NCBI GenBank assembly: GCA_963843845.1 | Contig: CAWJMB010000002.1 | Coordinates: forward strand, 2,784,001-2,848,000 | DNA: 64,000 nt | Reading direction: 5' to 3' | From: an uncultured Gemmatimonadaceae bacterium | Lineage (GTDB): Bacteria; Gemmatimonadota; Gemmatimonadetes; Gemmatimonadales; Gemmatimonadaceae | In this document: positions 42,947 to 54,700 of the stretch, one piece after another | How positions within the stretch are numbered: position 1 is the first letter of the stretch | Layout of the letters: each line of letters opens with the position of its first letter | Translations under genes and position numbers: made by a program | Notes under the pieces: model-generated | Told to the model about the DNA's origin: nothing | Database searches by the model: none | What the model saw: only the letters and a program-made list of their open reading frames with translations

Positions 42947-45900
42947 GTGGCCCATGACGGTCCCCGATCCGGAGACGGTCCGTTCGTCGAGCTCCGGGCG
43001 CAGAGCGCGTTCTCCTTCGGCGAGAGCGCCGTCGCGCCACGCCGACTGGTCGCCGCGGCGAAGGCGCTCGGCTACGACGCGCTCGGCCTCACGGACGCGT
43101 CGGACCTCGGCGGGGTCGTCACGTTCGCGCACGCCTGTCGCGAGGCGGGGATCAGGCCGATCGTCGGCGCGGAGCTGATGGTGCGGCACGAGCCGCGGGC
43201 GCCGCGCGTGCCGCTCGCGCTGCTCGTGACGAGCGCGCAGGGATACCGGAACCTCGGCGCGCTCGTCACGCAGTCGCGCATCGGGCGCGTGCACGAGTGG
43301 CGGCGGGCCGACGGCGGCGCGAGCGCCGGGACGCCCGGGCGCGGCGCGCCGTACGTTCACTGGACCGACGTCGCCGAACGGTCGGAGGGGGTGTTCCTGC
43401 TCACCGGCCCCCCGTCGGGGTGGCTCGCGCAGCTCGTGCTCCATCGTCGGTACGACGACGCGCGCCGCTGGCTGGATCGGTATCGCGCGACGTGCGGCGA
43501 CGCGCTCGCCGTCGAGGTCCACCTGCATTCGGCCGGCCGGCGCGAGGCCGTGGTCGCCGAGCAGCTGATCGCGCTGGCGGAGAGTGCGGACGTGCGATGG
43601 GTCGTCTGCACCAACCCGCGCTACGTCGACCCCGCCGGGCGGCGGGCGCTCGACGTGCTCATGGCGCTGCGCCACCGGCGGACGATCGACGAGGCGGCGC
43701 GCGAAGGGCTGCTGCTGCCGAACGACGCGTGGATGCTGACGGCGCCGGGAGAGATCGCCGCGCAGTGGCAGCGGCGCCCCGCGGGCGTCGCGTCGAGTCG
43801 CGCGATCGCCGAGGCGTGTCACTTCGACCTGTCGTGGGTGCGGCCGCCCCTGCCCGCCTTCGGTGACCTGCACGGCGAGGATCCCGACGAGTGCCTGCGA
43901 CGGCTGACCTACGACGGCATGCACAAGCGGTGGGCGCACAAGCTCTCCGCGGAGCAGCAGAATCGAGTCGAGAAGGAGCTGCGCGTCATCAAGGAGCTGG
44001 GCTACGCCGGCTTCTTCCTCGTGATGCACGACGCCGTGCGGTATGCGCGCAGTCGGAACATCCTCTGTCAGGGCCGCGGCTCCGCCGCGAGCAGTGCCGT
44101 CACGTACTGCCTCGAAGTGACGGCCGTCGATCCGGTCGACAACAGGCTGCTGTTCGAGCGATTCCTGTCCGAGGCGAGGAAGGACGCGCAGAGCGAGGCG
44201 CCGGACATCGACGTCGACGTCGAGCACGATCGGCGAGAGCAGGTGCTCGAGTACATGTACGACAAGTACGGCCGCACGCACTCGGCGATCACGTGCGTCG
44301 TGCAGCACGTACAGCGCGTCGACGGCGGTGCAGGACGTCTGTCGCGCGTACGGCGTCCCCCCCTCGACGAGCGACGCGCTCTCGAAGCGCGTCCACATGC
44401 TCGAGCCGTCGGAGGCGATCGCGCGGCTGTGCGACGGGCTCGCGGCGGAGCACGGCCTCGACGTGACGAGCGCGCGCGGCGAGGCGATCCTGGCGTCGAT
44501 CGCCGCGTTCGACGGACTGCCGCGGATGCGCAGCACGCACCCGGGGGGCTTCGTGCTCTCGGCGGCGCCGCTCGGCGAGTACTGCCCGATCGAGCCGACG
44601 ACGATGGGGCGCACGATCATCCAGTACGACAAGGACGACCTCGACCTGGTCGGCATCCCGAAATACGACTTCCTCGGGCTCGGCGCGCTGGCGGCCGTCC
44701 GACGCGCGTTCGATCTCGTCGAGCAGTTCAGGCCGGAGGAGCGGCGCCTCGAGCTCTACGCGATTCCGCTCGACGACGCGCCGACGTACGAGATGATCTC
44801 GCGCGGCGACACGTTAGGCACCTTCCAGATCGAGAGCCGCGCGCAGATCGCGTCGCTCGTCAACACGAGACCCGAGCGCATCTACGACATCGTCGTGCAG
44901 GTCGCGCTGATCCGGCCGGGGCCGATCGTCGCGAAGTTCGTGCACCCGTACACGGAGCGGCGGCGCGGACGGCAGGACGTGACGTATGCGGGGGGGCTCG
45001 ACGAGCGCATGAAGCCGGCGCTCGAGCGCACGTTCGGCATTCCGATCTTCCAGGAACAGGCGATGGCGCTCGCCATGTCGCTCGGCGGCTACAGCGCCGT
45101 CGAGGCCGACGCGCTGCGCCGCACGATGGGACATCAGCGCAAGGCCGAGCGACTGAAGGCGGCGCTGCGCGAGCTGCGCGACCGCATGGTCGGACAGGGC
45201 ATCGAGGCCGGCGTCGCCGAGCAGCTCACCACGGACATGGCGTCGTTCGCGAACTACGGCTTTCCCGAGAGCCACGCCTGGTCCTTCGGCCTCATCGCCT
45301 ACGCGACGGCGTGGCTCAAACGTCACGAGCCGGCCGCCTTCTACGGCGGTCTGCTCGACGCGCAGCCGATGGGGTTCTACTCCGTGGCGACGCTGATCCA
45401 CGACGCGCGCCGCCACGACGTCGAGATCCGCTATCCCTGTCTCGCGCACGGCTCGGCCACGTGCACCCTCGAGCGGCGCGACGACTCGGCGGCGCCGGCA
45501 CTCCGCCTCGGCTGGTCGATCGTGCGCGGCATCGGCACGGAGACCCTGGCGCGCCTCACGGCCGCTCGCGCACGGCGGCCGTTCGACTCGATCCCCGACG
45601 TCGTGCGTCGTGCCGCGCTGACCCGCGCCGACGCCGCCGCGCTCGCCCGCGGCCACGCGATGGCGCACTGGGCGCCGAACCGGCGGCAGGCGCTGTGGGA
45701 GGCGCTGCGCGCCGTCGGCGACGCGCTGCCGCTCGGCCCGAGTCCGTCGGCGTCGGACGATGGCTACGGCGCGCCGGCGTTCGGCACGCACGACGCCGTC
45801 GTCGCCGACTACCACGCGGTCGGCTGCTCGACGACCGGGCACCCGATGGAGCGGCATCGCGCGTGGTGCCGCCGCGTCGGGGCGATCGACAGTCGGGAGC

Positions 45901-46199
45901 TCCTCGCCACGCCGTCCGGCCAGCGCGTGATCGTCGCCGGCCTCGTCACCGTGCGCCAGCGGCCGGCCACGGCGAACGGCACGCTGTTCCTGCTGCTCGA
46001 AGACGAGCACGGGCAGATCAACGTCGTCTGCTGGAAGCGGATCGAGGAGCGGTACCGCGAGTCGATCCGGCACGCGCAGTTCGTCGTCGTCTACGGCACG
46101 GCCGAGCACAACGGGGCGCTCGTGTCGGTCATCGCGCGGCAGGTGGACGTGCTCGGCGCCCGAGACGCGCTGACGCACCAGGCGCACAGCTTCCGATGA
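42947..46199 (+). CDS. dnaE2: Error-prone DNA polymerase DnaE2 (frameshift near 44310)
   Basis: SAFSF PHP domain, QGRGSAA, PDIDVD, HPGGFVL, FANYGFPESHA, RQRPATA, C-terminal AHSFR. Confidence 0.93.
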
Positions 46200-46388
46200 G
46201 CGTTCGGTGCCGCATGCCGGCGCGCCCGACAGTGGGGCATCGTGTGGCCGAGTGTACGCCGGGCGGGCGGGACGGGCGTCGGCGTGCGGCGACCGCCGGC
46301 GCTCAGCGCCTGCGACGCCGTGGCGACGTGCGTCGCCGTCCGGACCGGGCAGGCGCTCGGCTGGAGTGACGGCGGCCGACGACCGCGC

Positions 46389-49300
46389 TCACCGCCGCTC
46401 GCCCGCGAAGAAGTTCATCTGCAACACCGCGCTCAGCACCGTCTGCGTGAACTGCGTGCCGAGATTCCGGTTGTACGTCGTCACCCGCGCCGCCGTGAGC
46501 CCGAACGTCAGGTTCTCCGCGACGTCGCTGTTCGCACCGAACGACACCGCGCGCCGCCCGTAGTCGGTCTGCACCGTCGCGCCGAGCGGCGTGGCGAACG
46601 CCGGCGACGTCGCACCGACGAGCGAGAGGCCGAGCGGCACGAGCGCTCCCGACACGAGCGTCCGCGTCCGGCTGTCCTGCCACCCCGCGTTGGTGCGCAG
46701 CGCACTCCGGAGCCCCCAGCGCGCGGGGGCCCGGAACGCCCGCGCCGCCTCGGCGCTCGCGTCGCGGGAGGTGGCGGTGAGACGCGTGCCGGGAAGGTCG
46801 TCGCGGCGCCGCTGCACGGAGACGCCGCCCGAGGTCGTGAGGCCGCCGAGCGCGCCCCACGTGAGCGAGCCGCTGAGCGGCCAGCGCTGCACGAGCGTCG
46901 ACCGTTGGTCGGCGGGCGAGAGCGAGTCGGCCGGGGCGAGCGCCGTCTGCCAGTTGCGCGTCATCCCGGCCGTGAGGCCGACGCTCGAGACCATGGCCGA
47001 CGGGCCGCGCGCGCGCCAGTTCCATCGCGCGAGCAGGTCGGGCACGACGCGCACGTCGCCGGTCCCCTCGGCGATGGCGCCGGTGCCGGCGCGGCGCCAC
47101 CAGCTGCGGTTCGTGCCGACGCCGACGCGATTCGTGAGCGTGAGGCCGTAGGGCAGCACGAGCGTGTTCGACAGGTCGGCGCGGTCGACGACGCCGGCGA
47201 GCGTGGCGGCGCGGCCGTCGAGCGTGCGGAGCGCGCCGATGCCGACGAGGCCGAGCTGCGCGCCGAGCCCGGCGTCCGCCGACGTCGCGTCGTAGCTCGA
47301 CGTCAGCGTGCGCGTGACGGCGACGTCGATCGGCTGCACGACGCGACGGAGCCAGGGGCCGCGCGCCGCGCTCGTGTCTGCCGGCGTCGAGCCGTTAGGC
47401 ACCGGGCCGGTCGGCACCGGGCCTCCCGTCAGCGCGCGCGCCACGTCGAGCGTCGCGCCGGCCGAGAGCTGGTTCGTCGCGCCGAGGCGGCGCGGGATGG
47501 TGACGGACCCCCCACCGCCGAAGGCGCCCGGGCTCGCGTACGCCGGCAGGTCGAGCGCCCCGCTCACGAGCGACGGCGCGTTCGGGTCGCGCGTCATCGC
47601 GTAGCTCGTCGCCACGGCGGCGCGCGGGCGCACCCAGCTCGCGAGCGCCGGGTTCCAGCGCACGTCGCCGGCGAGCACACGCTGCCGCTCGAAGCCGAGG
47701 TCGACGCCGCCGAACGAGTGCCGGGCGGCGGCGAGCGCGACGCCGCGCGCGACCGTGTCGCCGACGACGCCGGTGAAGGTGGGATAGTCGCGCAGGTCGC
47801 GCACCACGCTCGCGTCCCACCGCGCCGAGAGCGACGGGATCGGCCGCAGCTCGAGCGTCGCGCCCTGCTGCAAGACCTGGTCGAGCCCGTTCGCGACGCG
47901 CCCCGTGTCGAGCGGCGAACGCACCGGCGACAGAAACGCCGTCTGCCGCTCGTCCGTGCGCGCGACGCCGGAGGTGACGCGCAGCGCGGTCGGCGTCCAG
48001 CGCACGCCGCCGAACGCGAGGCGCTCGCCCGGCGCGAGGTCGTAGTCCGCGCGCAGCGAGAACGCGTGGCGCGCGCCGTCCTGGTACGCGCTGCGCGCCC
48101 GGCCGGCCACGTAGGTCGACGTGAGCGACAGGTTGTTCACGAGCGGCGCGAGCGGTCCGCTCGTCGGCGAGGCACGGCGCACGGAGAGCGCGTAGCTCGT
48201 CGTCGCTTCGCGCGGGGCGCGCAGGCCGTTCAGCGCGGTGCCGCGGAGATCCGTTCCCGCGATGAAGTACGGCGACGCGTCGAGCGAGGTGCGTGTCACC
48301 GTCAGCGGCAGCGCGAGCCCGAGGTCCCACGGCAGCAGCCGGTCGAGCCGCAGCGAGGCGCCGATCTCCGTCCCTCCCGCCGTCACGAACGACGGCGCCT
48401 CGCCGAGCTGGCGGAACTGCGGGTCGCGCCGCGTCACGTTCACCCGCACGTCCGCGAGGTCGCCGAGTCGCACGCCGACACCGAGCTGTCCGGCCAGTCC
48501 GGCGCGCCCTTCCGCGTTCGCGAGGCGCACGTCGTCGACCCACAGCTCGAGCGTGTCGTTCGGCATGATCGGCGTCGCGCCGCGCCGCGCCTCGTCGACG
48601 CGCACCAGTCCGACGGCGAGCTCCTGCACCGCGGCGAGGTTCGGCGGCGTCGTCAGCCCGTCCACCGTATAGACCATGTAGCCGCCGTCGCACGCCGCGG
48701 TGCGCCGCGCGAGCGCGTTGCGCGGCAGGTTCGAGCGCGCGATGAGCGCCGAGTCGACGCCGGTGCAGGCGAAGCGCGACGGCCCCGCGAGGCGACCCGG
48801 CACGAGCTGCTCCTGCAACGCCGCGCGCAGCCGGTAGAATCGATCGAAGTCGATCCGCACTTCGGGAAGCCACGCGCTGCGGTCCGCGCCGGCACGGATC
48901 GGCGTGCGGTACAGATAGAAGTTGTTCTCGTCGCGCCCGATGCGGACGAAGAACTGCAGGTCGCCGTCGTCCCCCCATCCGTTGCCGTTGCCGCGCGCCC
49001 AGACGCGCAGCTGGCGGAACGTCTGCACGTTCTTCGCGCCCTCCGGAAAGCGCAGATACGCTTCGGCGCGTTCATAGCGCGCGAGCTCGCCGCCGGGCAC
49101 GCCGGTGACGATGCGCAGCGAGCGCTCGTTGACCTGCACGCGATTCTGCTCGAGCCCCGTGCGGACCGTCTCGCCCTGCTGCACCGTGCCCGGCGGGGGC
49201 GTGTAGGGGCGCCGGGCGGTCGAGTCCTGCGTGCCGATCGTGCCGGCGACGACGTAGCTCGACTGCGTGCCCGACGAGTCGCCGGCGATGCCGGTCGCGA

Positions 49301-52300
49301 CGCGGTCGGTGCGGCGAAGCCAGGGCGCGCCGGTGAGTCGCACGCGGGCGAGCGCGATCGTCGTCGCCGCCTCGGTCGGCTCGTCGACACCGGAGACGAC
49401 CGTCAGGCGCGCCGCGCGCACGCGCCGCGGATTGAACGTGCCCGACGAATCGGTCGGCGCGCGGAACGGGATGCGGACGTGCACCCAGCAGCGCGGCACG
49501 CCGGCGGTGCTCACGGGCGCGCCCGCCGGAACGCGCACGGCGTCGCCGAGCGTCGGCGGGATCGTGTCGCACGTCGTGACGCGGCCGACGGTCGGGCTGC
49601 TCAGGTCGATCACGAAGCGGCGGAACCGCTCGTTGCCGAGCTCCGCGTCGCGGAATCGGAGCTCACCGTCCTGGTCGATGTCCTCCTCGTCCAGGCGTCC
49701 GTTCAGCACGGTGCAGTCCGACGTCGGATCGCCGATCGCGCGGAGCCCGCCCAGCGTCGCGCGGCAGAGCGGGAGCGAGTCGACGCGGCTCACACTCCCG
49801 CCGCTGACGACCGTGAGCGGGGCGGCGCGATCGCCGGGCAGACCGCGGTCGCCGTTCGCCGCGTCGAACACGCGCGACAGCGGATCGCGCTCGGTGTCGA
49901 GCGTGTCGTAGCCGGCGAGCACGCGGCCCGAGTAGAGCGAGTCGACGCCGGTCGGCGCCCCCGGGCGCGGCACGACGCGCAGCGTGTCCGGCCGGAAGGC
50001 GACCGAGTTCTCCGACAGCTCGCCGAAGTCGAACACGAGCGTCGGGTTGCGCGTCCGCTGCGCGCCGCGCGGGTCGTGGACGAGCGCGTAGAACTCGAGG
50101 TCCTCGACGCGCGACAGATCGGCGCCCCCCGCGTTCAGCACGCTGCGGATCGAGCGCCAGCGGCGGCCGACGACCGGGTGCCCCGTCTGCCAGCGAAAGC
50201 GCGGACTGCCGCCCGCCACCGCCCCCTCCGACGCCGGCAGTCCGCCGATGCTCCCCGGGTAGAGCGTGAGCCAGAACACCGGCTCCGACGGCGTCGAGCC
50301 GGCGCCCTGCAACTGGATCGCCGGATCGATCTGCTGGATCGTGCGGAAGTACGGCGCCGAGCCGCCGAGCGCCGAGACCGTCGACTGCCAGGCGAGCGTC
50401 GTCGCGCGGTCGAGCGAGAAGATCGAGCCGACGGCGCGCGTCAGCGCGCTCGTGACCGCCGGCCGGCTGCCGTAGTACCACCCCGCCTCGTTGAGCGGGA
50501 GGTAGACGCCCCCCTCCCCCTCGAACGTCTCGAGATACGCCTGCTGCGTCGCGCCGGGGTTCGGCTTGCTCGCCGCGAGCTCGCCGTGCAGCGTGATGCG
50601 GGCGGCCGGCGGCCCCGTCGTGTCACCCGCGACACGCGCCTGGCGAGCGCCGCGGCGAGAGCGCGACGTGAGCCGGTCGGCGAGGCGCGCGAGCAACGGC
50701 GCGTTCCACGAGAAGTCGGCCCCCACCCCGGCGATCGTCCCGGCGGCCGCCTCGAGGCCCAGGGGCGGGCGCGTGAACGACGACGACCGGCGCGCCTGGT
50801 ACAGCCCCGTGAAGTAGACCGCCCCCGCACGCGTCGGCCACTCCATCGCCGCACCGATCACGTTCGTCGGCTGCGAGATGAACGTCGGGTTCTCCTCGAA
50901 CTTCACGGACACCGGCGTCGGCGTCGGGAAGAGCGCGGCCGGCGCGAGGAACGTCACCGTGCCGAGCTCGTAGTCGATCGTGTACTCCACGTCGCGGATC
51001 AGCGTGCGGCCGAGCGCCGTGATCCGTTCGGAGCCCTGCCGCAGCTGCAGACTGCCTAACGCGATCGTCGTCGCCGCCTCGGGCCCGAGCTCGGACTCGT
51101 AGCGCAGCCGCAGCCGGTAGATCGCCGGCGGCTGCTGCGACGAGTAGAGGAACTCGCTCGGGAAGGTGTAGAGCGTGTCGTTCGCCGGGTTCTGCGCGCT
51201 CACGACCCCGCCGCCGCTGCCGCCGAACCCGCCGCCGCGCGCGAACGGCCGCTGCGACGGGAAGATCACGAAGTAGTCGCGCAGCTGCTTCCCGCCCAGC
51301 GCGCCGTCGCCGCCGATGCGCGCGTTCGGGTCGGTCGCGCGCGGCCAGAGGCGGTTCGGCACGTCGAACGTGGTCGCGCTCGTGCGCTGCGCGAGCCCGA
51401 AGAGCTGGAGGTACGTCGCGCCGAGCGTCGCGTCGGGCGGCTTCTCCTGGTCTCCGATGCCGGTGACGATCCGTACGCCGATCGTCTCGCGCCGCAGATC
51501 CTCCCCGCCCACGCGGTACACGTTGCGCATCTCGCGCACGAACGCGCTGTCCCCGGGCGCCAGCTCGGGCTCCCACAGCAGGTTCGCGAGCTGCGTCGCG
51601 CCGGTCAGCTCGAGGTCGGGCGTGCCGCCGGTGCCCTCGACGCGCGTGCGGCGGCCGTTCACGTTCACCTCGTACGCGACCGCGAGCCGCTCGCTGTTGA
51701 CGTTGAGCGGATTGACGAGCGCGATCCAGAGCAGCGTCTGGTCGACGTAGTAGTCGATCCCCTCGCGCAGCACCTCGTACGTCTGTGGCGTCTGGTTCTT
51801 CGCGCCGCGCACGGTGAGCTTCGGCCCGCGCGGATTCTGGAACGCCGCGCCGATGAGCTGTCGGTACACGACGAGCCGCGCCGGCCGCACCGTGTCGGGC
51901 AGCGACCGCGCCGCGCGCTCGAGCGACACGCGATCGAGCACGTCGACGTTCGGGAACCCCGGCAGCCGCCGCGGATCGATCGTCCAGAAGAACCGCCGCG
52001 GCTCGAACTCGAAGTCGTTCACGGCGCGCTCGATCGTCTGCGACGCGCGGTCGCCGCCGACGGTGAACACCCGGTCGCGGATGACCGTTCCGCGTTGCTG
52101 TGCGGCGATCGCGCGCCACTGCACCGCGCCGACGCGGCCCCCCAGCTGCACTCCGTAGTTGTTGCTCGGCATCCCGCCGGTGATGAAGCGCGAGGCGGGC
52201 GGCACGAAGGTGACGTTCCCGATCTCGAAGCGGCCGAGGGCCGCGCGCGGGCGCGTCGATTCCCAGCGCAGGGTGATCTGGTTCGACGCGTCGAACTCGC

Positions 52301-52844
52301 GCCGCGTGTCGTAGTCGAGGTCGACGTGCACCTGCTCGGCGACCGTCCCCGTGGAGCGGATGCCGAAGAGGAAGTTGCCGTCGAACTGGAAGCCGGCGCG
52401 ACAGCCCAACGAGAGCGCCGACACGCCGCTCGCGCAGCGGTCGTTGCGCGTTCGCTCGAGCTTCGTCTCGAGCCGCCCGTCGAACGCGACCGAGAGCGCG
52501 CCGAACGGATTCGGCACCGTGTCGCGCGGAAGCGCGTCGCGCGCTACCGTGTCGCGCGCCGCCGGCCGCGGCCGCACCGTGTCGATCCCCGCGGGACGCG
52601 GGGGCTGCGTGAGCGGCGTCGGGCGCGCGGCCGGCGCGGGGGCTCGCGCCGGCGCGGGCGTCGTCGGCACCGAGTCGGGCGGCAGCTGGCGACGCCCGGC
52701 CGTGTCCACGCGCACCGGAACGGCCGGAAGCGGCGGCTGACCAGGAGGAGGCCGCGTCGGGCGCACCTGCGCGGCGGCCGTCGAGGCAGTGGCGAACACG
52801 ACGGTCGCCAGCGCGCCGACCAGCGGGCCGAGCGGAGAACGCAC
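46389..52844 (-). CDS. sprA: SprA/Sov-like very large outer-membrane protein
   Basis: 2151 aa with signal peptide, HVDLDYDTRREFD, GSERI..L.RDVEYTIDYELG, AYLETFE, NGRLDEEDID, NERSL, ELWVDDVRL, and a beta-strand-rich C-terminus. Confidence 0.8.
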   Translation of the reverse strand: MRSPLGPLVGALATVVFATASTAAAQVRPTRPPPGQPPLPAVPVRVDTAGRRQLPPDSVPTTPAPARAPAPAARPTPLTQPPRPAGIDTVRPRPAARDTVARDALPRDTVPNPFGALSVAFDGRLETKLERTRNDRCASGVSALSLGCRAGFQFDGNFLFGIRSTGTVAEQVHVDLDYDTRREFDASNQITLRWESTRPRAALGRFEIGNVTFVPPASRFITGGMPSNNYGVQLGGRVGAVQWRAIAAQQRGTVIRDRVFTVGGDRASQTIERAVNDFEFEPRRFFWTIDPRRLPGFPNVDVLDRVSLERAARSLPDTVRPARLVVYRQLIGAAFQNPRGPKLTVRGAKNQTPQTYEVLREGIDYYVDQTLLWIALVNPLNVNSERLAVAYEVNVNGRRTRVEGTGGTPDLELTGATQLANLLWEPELAPGDSAFVREMRNVYRVGGEDLRRETIGVRIVTGIGDQEKPPDATLGATYLQLFGLAQRTSATTFDVPNRLWPRATDPNARIGGDGALGGKQLRDYFVIFPSQRPFARGGGFGGSGGGVVSAQNPANDTLYTFPSEFLYSSQQPPAIYRLRLRYESELGPEAATTIALGSLQLRQGSERITALGRTLIRDVEYTIDYELGTVTFLAPAALFPTPTPVSVKFEENPTFISQPTNVIGAAMEWPTRAGAVYFTGLYQARRSSSFTRPPLGLEAAAGTIAGVGADFSWNAPLLARLADRLTSRSRRGARQARVAGDTTGPPAARITLHGELAASKPNPGATQQAYLETFEGEGGVYLPLNEAGWYYGSRPAVTSALTRAVGSIFSLDRATTLAWQSTVSALGGSAPYFRTIQQIDPAIQLQGAGSTPSEPVFWLTLYPGSIGGLPASEGAVAGGSPRFRWQTGHPVVGRRWRSIRSVLNAGGADLSRVEDLEFYALVHDPRGAQRTRNPTLVFDFGELSENSVAFRPDTLRVVPRPGAPTGVDSLYSGRVLAGYDTLDTERDPLSRVFDAANGDRGLPGDRAAPLTVVSGGSVSRVDSLPLCRATLGGLRAIGDPTSDCTVLNGRLDEEDIDQDGELRFRDAELGNERFRRFVIDLSSPTVGRVTTCDTIPPTLGDAVRVPAGAPVSTAGVPRCWVHVRIPFRAPTDSSGTFNPRRVRAARLTVVSGVDEPTEAATTIALARVRLTGAPWLRRTDRVATGIAGDSSGTQSSYVVAGTIGTQDSTARRPYTPPPGTVQQGETVRTGLEQNRVQVNERSLRIVTGVPGGELARYERAEAYLRFPEGAKNVQTFRQLRVWARGNGNGWGDDGDLQFFVRIGRDENNFYLYRTPIRAGADRSAWLPEVRIDFDRFYRLRAALQEQLVPGRLAGPSRFACTGVDSALIARSNLPRNALARRTAACDGGYMVYTVDGLTTPPNLAAVQELAVGLVRVDEARRGATPIMPNDTLELWVDDVRLANAEGRAGLAGQLGVGVRLGDLADVRVNVTRRDPQFRQLGEAPSFVTAGGTEIGASLRLDRLLPWDLGLALPLTVTRTSLDASPYFIAGTDLRGTALNGLRAPREATTSYALSVRRASPTSGPLAPLVNNLSLTSTYVAGRARSAYQDGARHAFSLRADYDLAPGERLAFGGVRWTPTALRVTSGVARTDERQTAFLSPVRSPLDTGRVANGLDQVLQQGATLELRPIPSLSARWDASVVRDLRDYPTFTGVVGDTVARGVALAAARHSFGGVDLGFERQRVLAGDVRWNPALASWVRPRAAVATSYAMTRDPNAPSLVSGALDLPAYASPGAFGGGGSVTIPRRLGATNQLSAGATLDVARALTGGPVPTGPVPNGSTPADTSAARGPWLRRVVQPIDVAVTRTLTSSYDATSADAGLGAQLGLVGIGALRTLDGRAATLAGVVDRADLSNTLVLPYGLTLTNRVGVGTNRSWWRRAGTGAIAEGTGDVRVVPDLLARWNWRARGPSAMVSSVGLTAGMTRNWQTALAPADSLSPADQRSTLVQRWPLSGSLTWGALGGLTTSGGVSVQRRRDDLPGTRLTATSRDASAEAARAFRAPARWGLRSALRTNAGWQDSRTRTLVSGALVPLGLSLVGATSPAFATPLGATVQTDYGRRAVSFGANSDVAENLTFGLTAARVTTYNRNLGTQFTQTVLSAVLQMNFFAGERR

Positions 52845-52892
52845 CTAGGCGGGAGGCGGGGGTAACACGGAGAGGCCTTTATACTTAGCCGC

Positions 52893-54686
52893 GTGAAGAT
52901 CACGTCGAAATACATCCTGCGTGAGCACTTGGGTCCGCTGACGTTCTCGCTCGGCGCACTCACGTCGTTGCTGCTGCTCAACTACATCGCGCGCAAGTTC
53001 GGCGACCTGGTCGGCAAGGGGATTCCGTGGCAGGCGGTGGCCCAGTTCTTCGTGCTCTCGGTGCCGTTCACGATCGCCATGACGCTGCCGATGGCGGTCC
53101 TCGTCGCGGTGCTCTACGCCTTCAGCCGCCTCGCGTCCGAGAACGAGGTCACGGCGTTCAAGGCGAGCGGCGTGTCGATGGGACGGCTGCTCGCGCCGGT
53201 GCTGTGGGGCGCGACGCTCACGGCGGCGGGGATGATCTTCTTCAACGATCAGGTCCTGCCGCGCGCGAACCACCGTCTGAGCTGGCTGCAGGGCGAGATC
53301 GCCCGCACGTCGCCGACGATCGCGCTCAAGGAGCAGGTGCTGAACGAGTTCGGCGACGGCTTCCGCATCCGCACGGCGCGCATCGATCACTCGCACGAGA
53401 TGATGCACGACGTGACGATCTACGACATGAGCCAGACGGAGCCGCGCACGATCACGGCCGACAGCGGGCAGATGGGCATTCTCCCCGACGGCACCGACCT
53501 GCAGCTCACCCTGTTCGACGGGGACATCAAGTGGCTCGGCGCCGGCAAGCCGGACCAGCTGCAGCACATGCTCTACGACCGGCAGCTCGTGCGCGTGCGC
53601 AACGTGCTGAACAAGTTCGATCCGTCCAAGCCGGGGTCGGACGACTTCAAGAGCGACCGCGAGATGTCGATCTGCGAGCTGCAACGCGCCTACATCCGCG
53701 CCCGCACCGACTACTTCCGCGCGGAGCTCGACTACCGCGGCGCGCTCGCCGACTCGGCGAAGCGGCAGCGCCCCCGCTCCATCCCGCCGCGCCGCGTGTT
53801 CCTCGGCGTCGGCCGCCTCTATTGCGACGCGATCCAGGGCATCGGCTCGCTCATCGCGCGGCCGGCGCAGGCGCAGACGGTACAGCCGCCCGCCGCGCAG
53901 CCGCCCGCCGCGCAGCCCCCCCCCCCCGCCGCGCAGCCCCCCGCCGCGCAGCCGCCCGCCGCGCAGCCGCCGCGCCCGGACAGCGTTCGGCGTGACGGCC
54001 GGGACTCGGTTCGCCGCGACTCGGTGCGTGCGGACACGACGCGCCCGGCGCCGGCACCGCCGTCGCCAGCACCGGTCCTCCCGGCGGCCCCGGTCGTCCC
54101 GACCGTCCCGAGTGCCCCGGGAGTTCCGGCCGCCCAGCTCCCCCCGCCTGCCGTCAGCGCCGCCGACTCGGCCGCCGCGGCCGTCGCGCCGCCGGTCGTC
54201 GTTCCGCAGGCACCGGCCGGCACGCCGGTCGCCGAGGGGCCGAACGTCTTCGGCGCCACCACGCTCGATCTCACCCGCCTTCGCGTACGCGAGACGCGCG
54301 GCCAGATGAACGGCTACGACGTCGAGATCCACAAGAAGTTCGCGCTCGCCATCGCCTGCATCGTGTTCGTGCTGCTCGGCGCCCCGCTCGCCATCCGCTT
54401 TCCGCGCGGCGGCGTCGGCCTCGTCATCGGTGTGAGCCTGCTCGTGTTCGCCACCTACTACTCGTTCCTCATCGCCGGCGAGGAGCTCGCGAACCGCGGC
54501 TACCTCCCGCCCTGGATCTCGATGTGGGCGGCGAACGTGCTGTTCACGCTCGCCGCGCTCCCGCTCGCCTGGCGCATGGGACGCGAGAGCGGCTCGGCGC
54601 GCGGCGGCGGGGTCGGCGAGTGGCTCGACAACCTCCGCTTCCGCCGGCAGCGCGCGCGCGCCGTGTCTGCGGCGCGGCCGAGCTGA
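52893..54686 (+). CDS. lptF: LPS export permease LptF
   Basis: LPMAVLVA..RLASENEVTAFKASGVS, VEIHKKFAL, LLGAPLA, WAANVLF. Confidence 0.88.
   Translation: MKITSKYILREHLGPLTFSLGALTSLLLLNYIARKFGDLVGKGIPWQAVAQFFVLSVPFTIAMTLPMAVLVAVLYAFSRLASENEVTAFKASGVSMGRLLAPVLWGATLTAAGMIFFNDQVLPRANHRLSWLQGEIARTSPTIALKEQVLNEFGDGFRIRTARIDHSHEMMHDVTIYDMSQTEPRTITADSGQMGILPDGTDLQLTLFDGDIKWLGAGKPDQLQHMLYDRQLVRVRNVLNKFDPSKPGSDDFKSDREMSICELQRAYIRARTDYFRAELDYRGALADSAKRQRPRSIPPRRVFLGVGRLYCDAIQGIGSLIARPAQAQTVQPPAAQPPAAQPPPPAAQPPAAQPPAAQPPRPDSVRRDGRDSVRRDSVRADTTRPAPAPPSPAPVLPAAPVVPTVPSAPGVPAAQLPPPAVSAADSAAAAVAPPVVVPQAPAGTPVAEGPNVFGATTLDLTRLRVRETRGQMNGYDVEIHKKFALAIACIVFVLLGAPLAIRFPRGGVGLVIGVSLLVFATYYSFLIAGEELANRGYLPPWISMWAANVLFTLAALPLAWRMGRESGSARGGGVGEWLDNLRFRRQRARAVSAARPS
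53883..53972 (+). repeat. 15-bp tandem repeat encoding QPPAA linker in lptF
   Basis: CAGCCGCCCGCCGCG units, about 5 copies. Confidence 0.8.
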
Positions 54687-54700
54687 GGGGCGAGCGACTC

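Noticed and set aside
44290..44330. dnaE2 frameshift as programmed frameshifting or pseudogene
   Set aside because: No slippery sequence and both halves are well conserved; most likely a sequencing indel.
46242..51059. 1605-aa plus-strand ORF and many other long Arg/Ala/Pro-rich ORFs
   Set aside because: Antisense or off-frame shadows of real genes in very GC-rich DNA; no motifs.
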